The position numbers and the translations under genes were made by a program. A model generated the notes under the pieces. The model saw nothing but the letters and a program-made list of their open reading frames with translations. It did no database searches and was not told the DNA's origin. Shown piece after piece: positions 31,562 through 39,653 of a DNA stretch of 64,000 bases (positions within the stretch are counted from its first letter, which is position 1; every line of letters starts with the position of its first letter). This stretch comes from a virus (taxonomy: Duplodnaviria; Caudoviricetes), in IMG/VR virus record IMGVR_UViG_3300030098_006079; one strand, given 5' to 3'.

Positions 31562-31713
31562 AAAGTCGGTGAGTGTAACGCCTCCATAGCCTCCTCTCGA
31601 ATCTAGATACAGAGATGCGATGTTATACCGCAATGGACAAGGATGGTAAGACATCTTACACTTGATAACCAACTAGAGGGTTATCGTATCGCAGGTGGCG
31701 CTGCGACGACTTT
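31562..31713 (+). ncRNA. Putative structured non-coding RNA (152 nt, multibranched)
   Basis: Nested complementary pairs: aaagtcg/cgacttt, cgcctcc/ggtggcg, tgcgat/atcgca, gataacc/ggttatc, gtaag/cttac, ctct/agag; GC-richer than the flanks; fills the intergenic gap. Confidence 0.5.
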
Positions 31714-31718
31714 AATTT

Positions 31719-32525
31719 ATGTTAATAATAAACGTTACAGGAATAATGAAAGTATTAATACGTGTTGCAATAATAGGTAGTTTAGCTTATTTTGCTGGGT
31801 ATGCGGTAGGTGCACCAATGACACCTTCTCCAACTATACAAAAATACAATGGCTTATTCATGCCAATATCAGAAAAAAAACCTCATTTATTTTATTTTTT
31901 AATGAGAGGAGAGGTCGTCGTTGGAGATGACAAAAAAATTCAACTAGATGATGATGCATTTATTCAAGCAGTTAAAGAAACAGAAGGTCATAAAATATAT
32001 CAATTGAGGATAAGAGGTAGCGCAGTTAGTCATATAGGTATTGAAGCTCTTAAAGGACAAAATGAATTACGATATTTAGATTTATCTAACAACAAACTTA
32101 TAACAGATGTTGCTTGTAAAAAAATAGCAGAATATTTTCCACGACTAGAACGGCTTAATTTATTTAACACCTTTGTATCTGATAAAGGGTTATCTCATCT
32201 CATTAATCTACAGGAACTTAGACAACTACATATAGGAGAGACTAATGTGACATGGGATGCTGCAAATAAGTTTAGAGGTAAAATGGAAGCTATAGGTGGT
32301 AACGACGACTTAGAAATTACAACAGGGTATCATGCCCAACCGCTTGGAAGTATTAAACGCAATAAGTGGCTAAGATCTAATTATCAAAAAAATGCAGAGT
32401 TAAGTATTATAGATGAAGAAGCTATACTCAAAAAACACTTGCTTATATCTCCAGATAGTATAAAATCTAACAAGACGTATGAGGACGATACAAAAAAAGA
32501 AGCAGACGGTCCAATTTTAGAATAA
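31719..32525 (+). CDS. Leucine-rich-repeat protein with N-terminal TM/signal segment
   Basis: LRYLDLSNNKLITD, LERLNLFNTFVSDKGL, LRQLHIGETNVT. Confidence 0.8.
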   Translation: MLIINVTGIMKVLIRVAIIGSLAYFAGYAVGAPMTPSPTIQKYNGLFMPISEKKPHLFYFLMRGEVVVGDDKKIQLDDDAFIQAVKETEGHKIYQLRIRGSAVSHIGIEALKGQNELRYLDLSNNKLITDVACKKIAEYFPRLERLNLFNTFVSDKGLSHLINLQELRQLHIGETNVTWDAANKFRGKMEAIGGNDDLEITTGYHAQPLGSIKRNKWLRSNYQKNAELSIIDEEAILKKHLLISPDSIKSNKTYEDDTKKEADGPILE

Positions 32526-33241
32526 TGAAACTTACATTAGCCCTATTACTGGCAGTTGGGTCTGTTGTAGCAGATGAAACTGATGGCATAAAGATCAGAG
32601 AAGATATATTCAATCAAAAAACTAATATAGATTATTATATCATAAATGATTTCTTCAGCGAAAAAACAATTTTTGTTCCGCAAAAAAAAGCAAATGAATA
32701 TTTTTTGAAATCTTTAAATTATTATAACCGTAATCTTTCTACCGTAACAAAAAAAGCGATTGGTAAGGCAAAAGAAGAAAATAAAACAATCTTTGTTAAT
32801 ATAGTAGCAGGGGATAACATTCCAGCTCATGCATGGAAAGGAAGAAAACCTACTTACAAAGTAGATGAATACACAAACGGTCAATGGACTATTTTTAAGA
32901 TAGATCCAAAAGGTAATATAGATATGGATCATTATACTGCTGGACAATACGGTCAAGTAGGTAGAGATGGAGTCTCATACGAACATGCAGTAAAGGTGTT
33001 TGGTGGTGTTAGTATTCGTAACGCTATAGAGCGTGCTAAGAAAAATGATAAAGAGTATGATTGGTTTATAACTGTTAAGCTTCCCGATATACCTCCAAGT
33101 TATATACAATTAGATACGTTTGTTGAGTATGAAGCTTGGTATAATTCTACAAGATTTCAACCTCAGCATTATACGGTTGAGAAAGTTAAACGAGAAAGAT
33201 CTTTACCTACTCTCCCTACTTTACAAAATAATAACAAATGA
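32525..33241 (+). CDS. Hypothetical exported protein
   Basis: Signal peptide MKLTLALLLAVGSVVA. Confidence 0.55.
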   Translation: MKLTLALLLAVGSVVADETDGIKIREDIFNQKTNIDYYIINDFFSEKTIFVPQKKANEYFLKSLNYYNRNLSTVTKKAIGKAKEENKTIFVNIVAGDNIPAHAWKGRKPTYKVDEYTNGQWTIFKIDPKGNIDMDHYTAGQYGQVGRDGVSYEHAVKVFGGVSIRNAIERAKKNDKEYDWFITVKLPDIPPSYIQLDTFVEYEAWYNSTRFQPQHYTVEKVKRERSLPTLPTLQNNNK

Positions 33242-33438
33242 AAAATCAGATCGCGTATAGAACGTTAGAGGAGCTAAAGAAGCATATTATAGACAGGTTA
33301 AACGACCCTAAAGGTAATCCATTAAGTGTAACGAGAGCGCACGAAGCTATGTTTGGAACTCTAATACCGCGCGCAGTTGGAGAAGATGCTCCAGAGGGAA
33401 AATATAAAGTGGTACTTAGTACTCCTTTACCTAATTAA
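33238..33438 (+). CDS. Hypothetical protein
   Basis: 66-aa ORF in operon. Confidence 0.5.
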   Translation: MKNQIAYRTLEELKKHIIDRLNDPKGNPLSVTRAHEAMFGTLIPRAVGEDAPEGKYKVVLSTPLPN

Positions 33439-33443
33439 TTAAT

Positions 33444-34010
33444 ATGGGAATGTTCGACGATATTAAAGTACCGGTAGCTTATTTAAGAGGTATCTTAGAT
33501 AAGAAAACAGAAAAACTATTTGATGATGACGTAGTCTTTCAAACTAAAAGCTTAGAGAACGCGATGTTTACTTATAAAGTCCATCGAAGACAATTATATA
33601 AAGCATCAGTGCTAAGCGAAGACAAATGGGAGAAGGACACCCATACAGGTACGATTGATTTTTATACATCTGTAAAAGATGAGAAGGAGACTGAGCATTG
33701 GTTTGATTTTAGATTTGTTTTTAAACATGGTAAGTTAGACTCAAAAGAGTTTGTAGGTACTCATGTTCTTGAGACAAAGAAAGAGAAGCAAGAGAGAGAA
33801 ACTATGTTCAAGATTGAGCAACAATATTTTGATGAGCATAGAAACAAACCTCTCGTTAAAATGTGGGATAAGTTAGCTTGTTTATTTTCTCGCTTATCAA
33901 GTTACGCGCAATTAAAAACTCAAATACCATACAAGGTAAGAGAACAAGCATACAAAGTTTCAGAGCGTTTAAAGAAAGATCCATCCGCTCTAGATCAATA
34001 TAAAAAATAA
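33444..34010 (+). CDS. Conserved phage hypothetical protein (MGMFD...FQTKSL family)
   Basis: MGMFDDIK, FQTKSL, IDFY, F.F..G.L motifs. Confidence 0.6.
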   Translation: MGMFDDIKVPVAYLRGILDKKTEKLFDDDVVFQTKSLENAMFTYKVHRRQLYKASVLSEDKWEKDTHTGTIDFYTSVKDEKETEHWFDFRFVFKHGKLDSKEFVGTHVLETKKEKQERETMFKIEQQYFDEHRNKPLVKMWDKLACLFSRLSSYAQLKTQIPYKVREQAYKVSERLKKDPSALDQYKK

Positions 34011-34219
34011 TGGCACACTTCATTAAACTACACGGCTCAGATAATGCTGAGATGTTATTCAATCTTGATACTGTTGTAAGTATTGATCCAATGCCTGAAG
34101 GTACAGTCATTTGTACCAGATGGGGCAGCACTAAAGTAAAAGAAGACTTAGACACAATATTAAGACTGTCTAACTCTCCTTCTGGTGCAAGTCCGAACGA
34201 AATGCTTATTACTGAGTAA
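34010..34219 (+). CDS. Small beta-rich hypothetical protein
   Basis: FIKL...NLDTVVSI...VKEDLDTI; similar to 49654..49845. Confidence 0.55.
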   Translation: MAHFIKLHGSDNAEMLFNLDTVVSIDPMPEGTVICTRWGSTKVKEDLDTILRLSNSPSGASPNEMLITE

Positions 34220-34638
34220 TGCCGTCTCAATTAGAATTAGATAAAACCTATTTGAGGATGGCTGCTGTGTGGGCTAATCTATCAAAAGCTACTCGTAAGA
34301 AGGTAGGTTGTCTAGTTGTTAAAGACGGTCAAATTATTTCCGACGGGTATAATGGTACTCCTTCTGGTTTTGATAATGAGTGTGAACATTTTGTATCGGG
34401 TACTCTAACGACAAAGCGAGAGGTATTACACGCTGAGTCTAATGCTCTAATGAAACTAGCTAAAGGCACTAACAGTAGTAAAGGAAGCACAATCTATCTA
34501 ACTTTGAGCCCATGCTTTGATTGTGCTAAGTTAATTGTTCAAGCAGAGATAGAGAGAGTTGTATGTGCTGAAGCATATAGAATTACCGATGGTATCGACT
34601 TTCTACGTAAAAATAATATCCAAGTGGATATAATCTAA
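34219..34638 (+). CDS. dCMP deaminase
   Basis: KVGCLVV, GYNGTPSG, HAESNA, LSPCFDC zinc motifs. Confidence 0.92.
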   Translation: MPSQLELDKTYLRMAAVWANLSKATRKKVGCLVVKDGQIISDGYNGTPSGFDNECEHFVSGTLTTKREVLHAESNALMKLAKGTNSSKGSTIYLTLSPCFDCAKLIVQAEIERVVCAEAYRITDGIDFLRKNNIQVDII

Positions 34639-34817
34639 TCATGGCACCCACATCCGCTACCGCAACATTCGTCTTGTTCAGTATTTTGTTCTTGTATCTG
34701 TGGCTCCTGAGCCGAAGTCGCTCCAGTAAATGAAGTATTCAAATAATTATGTCCAAGTTCGTTTTCCATATGATTAAGCACTTCACTATTCAAAGGCCAT
34801 TGTGGTTTGTCAACCAT
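34635..34817 (-). CDS. Small protein with Cys-rich tail CCGSGCGCH
   Basis: 60-aa ORF; the metal-binding-like terminus is only suggestive. Confidence 0.4.
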   Translation of the reverse strand: MVDKPQWPLNSEVLNHMENELGHNYLNTSFTGATSAQEPQIQEQNTEQDECCGSGCGCHD

Positions 34818-34832
34818 CGTATAAATATATTT

Positions 34833-35513
34833 ATGAAATACCTATTGTTCTTCTTACTGTGTAGTTCCGTTGTTGCTCAAGATCGTTATAAAGCCATTAC
34901 TGATAGAAATGCTTTTGCATTATTAGATGCAGTTCCTACACGAACTACTACTCCTCCTATTATTGTTCAATCCCCTATCAAATTAAACTTAACAGGTATT
35001 ATTGCTCGCCGTGGAGTTACTAATGTGTATTTGTTTACAAAAGATATACCTAAAAGGTTTCTTACTCTTTCTACTTTACGTAGAACTGATAGTGGTGTTA
35101 CATTACTGAGTGTAGAAAAGGGTTTAGTTGAAGTTAATAACAATGGTACAGTAGAATTGCTTTCGTTCGAGACTCACAAACTGCCTAACGTAGTAACCTT
35201 ACCTGCTCTCAAAGCAACACCTACAATAGTTAAAAAGAAAGAGAAGAAAGACAGTAAAGGTAAAGAGATTAAAATTCTACCAGCAGCTCCTAAACCAAAT
35301 ATAGTTACTGTCCCGTCTAGAATGCCTAAAGTTGATCCTAGAATAATTCAAAAAGGATTAGAGTATATAGACAGAATAGAAGATAAAGAAAAGAGAGAAT
35401 ATATTCTTCAGCGACTTGAAAGACTTCAATCTGGGCAACAAAAGCTTGATAGTAAAATAGATAATAATGAGCGTCGTCGCCAATATGATGAGCGTCGCCG
35501 ACGCGATGACTAA
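34833..35513 (+). CDS. Type II secretion GspC/PilP-like exported protein
   Basis: Signal peptide; YKAITDRNAFAL; LNLTGII...GVTLLSVEKGLVEVNNNGTVELLSF matches the HR beta-domain pattern; late promoter at 34820. Confidence 0.5.
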   Translation: MKYLLFFLLCSSVVAQDRYKAITDRNAFALLDAVPTRTTTPPIIVQSPIKLNLTGIIARRGVTNVYLFTKDIPKRFLTLSTLRRTDSGVTLLSVEKGLVEVNNNGTVELLSFETHKLPNVVTLPALKATPTIVKKKEKKDSKGKEIKILPAAPKPNIVTVPSRMPKVDPRIIQKGLEYIDRIEDKEKREYILQRLERLQSGQQKLDSKIDNNERRRQYDERRRRDD

Positions 35514-35518
35514 AAACA

Positions 35519-36172
35519 ATGAGTAACAAAGTTAAACTTATATCCCTCACCCAGCCGTTCGATCATGAAGCAACTGAATCTCCAGAAGACTTAATTGCAT
35601 ATTGTGCTCGAGTAAGTAATCCTGAAAATCAAAACAATACTCAAACAGCTCCTAGACTACTTAAGTTTCTAATAAAGCACAAACATTGGTCACCATTTGA
35701 AATGGTTGACATGTGTGTAGAGATTAAAACATCAAGAGCTATTGCAGCTCAAATATTAAGACACAGAAGCTTTTCTTTTCAAGAATTCTCTCAACGTTAT
35801 AGTGCTGCTACAGATATAGAGCCAATCGAATTAAGATCTAAAGCAGAGACTAATAGACAGAGTAGTTCGGATGTAATAGATGATCCTGTACTTAAAAATG
35901 TCGTCCAGCATTCTATAGATACAGCAATGATGACTTATGATAAACTTATTACACAAGGTGTTGCTAAAGAGCAGGCTCGTATGGTGTTGCCATTAACAAC
36001 TCAAACTACTATGTATATGAAAGGAAGTATTAGAAGCTGGATACATTATATTGATTTGAGAACAGAAGAAAACACACAGAAAGAGCATAGAGATATAGCA
36101 GAGGAGTGTAAGAGTATTCTTAAAGATCATTTCCCTAATGTTGCCGAAGCTCTCTGGAGTAAGGATGATTGA
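35519..36172 (+). CDS. thyX: Flavin-dependent thymidylate synthase
   Basis: IAYCARVSNP, HWSPFEM, QILRHRSFSFQEFSQRY, ARMVLP, TQKEHR. Confidence 0.97.
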   Translation: MSNKVKLISLTQPFDHEATESPEDLIAYCARVSNPENQNNTQTAPRLLKFLIKHKHWSPFEMVDMCVEIKTSRAIAAQILRHRSFSFQEFSQRYSAATDIEPIELRSKAETNRQSSSDVIDDPVLKNVVQHSIDTAMMTYDKLITQGVAKEQARMVLPLTTQTTMYMKGSIRSWIHYIDLRTEENTQKEHRDIAEECKSILKDHFPNVAEALWSKDD

Positions 36173-36294
36173 ACTAGTATTACAAGTTGCATCGGGATTA
36201 ATAATCTTTATAGCATTCATGTTCGCTTGGTCGTCTACCAGACTAGTAGAAGAGAAAAAGAAGAGACAAAGAGAGAGAAAGAATAAATAGTTTT

Positions 36295-36765
36295 ATGAAA
36301 CGTATTATATTAATACTAGGGTTGGTTTTCTCTATGGTTGCTGTTGATGCTAAACCACAGAAAGGACCAAAGGGCAAAGGCAAGGCACTCAAAGAGCGGT
36401 TCGAAGCTGCTAAGAAGAAGCGAGATGCTAAACGCGGTGATGCTAAAAAGAAAGGTCACAAGCATAAAGGACCTCGAGGTGAATTCGGAAAGCTAGTTCG
36501 TAATGATGAAAAGATTAAAGAACTAAAAAAAGAATTCGCTGCAGCTAGTGAAAAGCTTAAAGGCAAATTTGATCGTAAGAAGTTCAAAGATGCTACTGAC
36601 GAAGAGAAAGCTGCATTGAGAGATAAGCTTAGAGCTTCTCGCAAAGAGTGGGAAACAGCTATGAAAGCTCATAGAGTCGAAGTTGGTAAACGTATCAAAG
36701 AGATTCGAGAAGAGTTTAAAAACAATCGCGATAAGGTGATTGAAGGTAATAAACCTGGCGAATAA
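36295..36765 (+). CDS. Exported Lys/Glu-rich helical protein
   Basis: Signal peptide followed by a charged coiled-coil. Confidence 0.55.
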   Translation: MKRIILILGLVFSMVAVDAKPQKGPKGKGKALKERFEAAKKKRDAKRGDAKKKGHKHKGPRGEFGKLVRNDEKIKELKKEFAAASEKLKGKFDRKKFKDATDEEKAALRDKLRASRKEWETAMKAHRVEVGKRIKEIREEFKNNRDKVIEGNKPGE

Positions 36766-36789
36766 TCTACCGTGTGAAGATAGTGTGCT

Positions 36790-36815
36790 AAAGGTGGCTT
36801 CGGCCACCTTTTTTT
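36790..36815 (+). terminator. Intrinsic terminator
   Basis: aaaggtggc-ttcg-gccaccttt plus T run. Confidence 0.88.
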
Positions 36816-36853
36816 ATAGTTGCATATTATTCGGCTTATGTTAAAATAACGTT

Positions 36854-37351
36854 GTGCCAAAATATTCATACGGTAAAGATGGTGATGAGAGTAGTGTTGG
36901 TTTTGGAGGAACAAAACCTAAGCAAACTAAATCTAAAGCTGCAAAGACGTTTAATCAGTTAGTACGTTCTATCTATCGCTCGACTATTATGGCGCAGCGT
37001 AAAGTAGACGAGCAGGTTGTAGAGCATTTTCTAGAAAGATTCTTTGATAAAGATGGTCATCCTAATTTGTTTAGGTTAAGTCTCCCGACACACGACGGAG
37101 CACCTGTAGAAGTAGATGTACCTCTTATTACATTAACTCATGGTAATCATCTCAATATCAAAGAATTAGAGATTGATTTTGAAGTTGAGCTAGGTCACTT
37201 AGAAGATATTGACAATGATGATATTAGTGCTGCAGTTACATCAGTTAATGGTAAGCGGATGGCTAAAGTCCGAATGAAACTTGACTCTACAGAGCCGCCT
37301 GAGGGTATAGCTCGCATACGACAAGAGATGATTAAACAGCTCCCATCTTAA
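36854..37351 (+). CDS. DUF2589-family protein (short partner)
   Basis: AQRKVDEQ...F...VDVPLITL...LNIKELEIDFEVEL. Confidence 0.6.
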   Translation: MPKYSYGKDGDESSVGFGGTKPKQTKSKAAKTFNQLVRSIYRSTIMAQRKVDEQVVEHFLERFFDKDGHPNLFRLSLPTHDGAPVEVDVPLITLTHGNHLNIKELEIDFEVELGHLEDIDNDDISAAVTSVNGKRMAKVRMKLDSTEPPEGIARIRQEMIKQLPS

Positions 37352-37401
37352 TTGCTCTGGATACATAGATTAAAATAATATCGTAGATAAATAATTTCGT
37401 T

Positions 37402-38070
37402 ATGGCAGGTATCGCAGATCAATTTAAAGGACTTCCAATGTCCGACCTTATTAGTCAACCCCTTATTGCTGCAGCAAAAGCACAAGGTCAACTATCAAAC
37501 ATTACGCAACAGTTCATTAAAGACGTAGGTCTTCAAGAAACTGGAGAAAAAGACGCAAGTGGTAATCCGAAATACTCAGCTCGTTCTGTTGATTTTGGAT
37601 TTAAATCACCTGTTACCGATGGTAAAGGTAAAACAGAGCTTAAAGATGATAATCTTTCAGTTCCATTACTGTCTATTGTAAATGTTCCTAACCTTTCAGT
37701 TAAGAAAGCTACAGTAGATTTTTCTATGGAAGTAAAGGCTTCAAGCTCTGATACATCTTCATCTAAAACTGATGCTAACATCAGCACTAGTGCTAAGTAT
37801 TCAGCATGGTGGTCACCAGTTAGTGTTGAGATGAAAGCATCAGTAAGTACTAGTAACAAGCACGAGAGTGTACGTAAAACAGATAACTCTGCTAAGTATG
37901 ATGTTCATGTTGAAGCTAGAGATGATGGTGCTCCTGAAGGTTTAATGAAAGTGTTAGATATTCTTAACGCAGCAATTATTCCAAATGGTGAATCGACTCC
38001 TGCACCAGCTGCGGCTCCAGCAGGTGGTGGTAGTGGTGGTAGTGGTGGTAGTGGTAATAGTGGAGGTTAA
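37402..38070 (+). CDS. DUF2589-family protein
   Basis: QFKGLPMSDLISQPLIAAAKAQ..., LSVPLLSIVNVPNL, VDFSMEVK, SAKYDVHVEA, PEGLMKVLDIL. Confidence 0.75.
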   Translation: MAGIADQFKGLPMSDLISQPLIAAAKAQGQLSNITQQFIKDVGLQETGEKDASGNPKYSARSVDFGFKSPVTDGKGKTELKDDNLSVPLLSIVNVPNLSVKKATVDFSMEVKASSSDTSSSKTDANISTSAKYSAWWSPVSVEMKASVSTSNKHESVRKTDNSAKYDVHVEARDDGAPEGLMKVLDILNAAIIPNGESTPAPAAAPAGGGSGGSGGSGNSGG

Positions 38071-38090
38071 TCCGGAATTACATATTAAAG

Positions 38091-38117
38091 AAAAGGTGGC
38101 TTCGGTCACCTTTTTTT
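38091..38117 (+). terminator. Intrinsic terminator
   Basis: aaaaggtggc-ttcg-gtcaccttt, near-identical to 36790; overlaps a late promoter. Confidence 0.85.
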
Positions 38118-38132
38118 ATAAATACTTTTGTT

Positions 38133-38585
38133 ATGAGTATTCCCCGTAGACGAAGAAGATCAATTAGGACAGTTATTGCTGATTTACAGAGTGCAATTGC
38201 TGATTTAGATGCACGTGTAGATGCATTAGAAGAAGAAGATGAATGGCTTTTAGAAGCTCCAACTGGAACAACATTCACACAACCAGATACCACAGTAGAT
38301 GGTGGACAATCTATTGGTGTTGGAAGTACTGCTCCGACAGTTACTATCCCGGCCGCTACATTAGTTAATTTAATCCAGGCTCAGCCTATAAATACTTCTA
38401 TGAGTGATAATGTAGGTATTGGAAGTTCTGCTCCACCCGTTGGAGTTGGAAGTACAAGTGATGGTGTTGGAGTTGGAAGTACTGCTCCAACAGGAACAAC
38501 ATTCACCCAACCTGACACTACTGTTGACGGTGGACAAGTTGGTATTGGTAGCACGACAGATGTCGGTATTGGAACTTCTTCTTAA
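38133..38585 (+). CDS. Low-complexity protein with coiled-coil and internal repeats
   Basis: APTGTTFTQPDTTVDGGQ twice; multiple GVGST/GIGS motifs. Confidence 0.6.
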   Translation: MSIPRRRRRSIRTVIADLQSAIADLDARVDALEEEDEWLLEAPTGTTFTQPDTTVDGGQSIGVGSTAPTVTIPAATLVNLIQAQPINTSMSDNVGIGSSAPPVGVGSTSDGVGVGSTAPTGTTFTQPDTTVDGGQVGIGSTTDVGIGTSS

Positions 38586-38606
38586 TTAAAAAAGAGTCAA
38601 CACACA

Positions 38607-38633
38607 AAAGCCTCCTAACGGAGGCTTTTTTTT
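38607..38633. terminator. Bidirectional intrinsic terminator
   Basis: aaaagcctcc-taac-ggaggctttt between convergent genes. Confidence 0.85.
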
Positions 38634-38977
38634 CCCCAAAATTTATGCTCGTAGTCTGGGGTATTTTCTTCTATCAAAGCATCTCTCCATTCTGTCTTAG
38701 AGGCATCAGATAATAATATGTGATTGGTGGTGTTAGTATCAGGAGATGGTTCCCATCTCCTTGCTAGCTCATGCAATTGAGCTTCTTCGTAACTTAACAT
38801 ATGAGTCAAGTTAGCAAAGCGTTTAAGTAATGAACGTTTAGGAGGAGGATTAATACCTCTTTCCACTTTACGCCACATTCTCTTTTCTACTCCAAGTATC
38901 TTACTAAACTTAGTTAAGTCTTTGAAGTATTTTAATCTTATTTCTTTTATGTAAGTATTAAATTTCATTTTTACCAA
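38615..38977 (-). CDS. XRE-type helix-turn-helix protein
   Basis: IKEIRLK...TKFSKILGVEKRMWRKVERGINPPP...LKRFA. Confidence 0.6.
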   Translation of the reverse strand: MVKMKFNTYIKEIRLKYFKDLTKFSKILGVEKRMWRKVERGINPPPKRSLLKRFANLTHMLSYEEAQLHELARRWEPSPDTNTTNHILLSDASKTEWRDALIEENTPDYEHKFWGKKSLR

Positions 38978-39177
38978 CTGCTCCCAACTCCAACATTACC
39001 GAAGCTATTAAATTCTGTTATTTCATTTACACTATAGAAGTCAAAATACGAATAATGATAACTATCTAATGATATAATATCAAGAGGATCTGGCGCGACT
39101 ACATTAGTGTTTGTTTGAGTACTGCTTGTTGCTGTATTATAATTAACTGGTCCGGTAAATGAAAACTGACCAGGCAT
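38971..39177 (-). CDS. Hypothetical protein
   Basis: 68-aa ORF in the minus-strand operon. Confidence 0.45.
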   Translation of the reverse strand: MPGQFSFTGPVNYNTATSSTQTNTNVVAPDPLDIISLDSYHYSYFDFYSVNEITEFNSFGNVGVGSSW

Positions 39178-39423
39178 TTATTCTTCCTTTTTTATTTTTA
39201 TTGGTACATGTTGTTGAGTTGACCATGCGTGATGTAGACTATCATACGCTTCATCATAGTTCCATCGCGGACACTTAAAAGACATTGTTCTATGCTTAGG
39301 ATAGTCTTCTTGCCATACCCATGTTCCTGAACACCCGCATAGAGTTATCACAATACAGCTATACAGTAAAGTAAAAACAAACCTACGAAAGGCGCTACGG
39401 CCACAATTAAATATTCTTTCCAT
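39178..39423 (-). CDS. Putative lipoprotein
   Basis: Hydrophobic segment ending LCGC. Confidence 0.45.
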   Translation of the reverse strand: MERIFNCGRSAFRRFVFTLLYSCIVITLCGCSGTWVWQEDYPKHRTMSFKCPRWNYDEAYDSLHHAWSTQQHVPIKIKKEE

Positions 39424-39653
39424 TGTTTTTTAAAATCGTATCTACATATATTATAGACGCAAATTATATGCTCTTTAAAAGTTAGCTTCTTGAGTAATCG
39501 CGCCATTACCTAACTCCTGACCCAACTCTTATTGGGAAGTATTGTTTTTTAACCTCTAAGTCACCTCTACCTTCGCAAGATGAAACTGCTATTGCTATCA
39601 TAAAAACTGTTAGCAATACCGTTATAAAAAATTCTTTTCTTTTTTGACTCATT

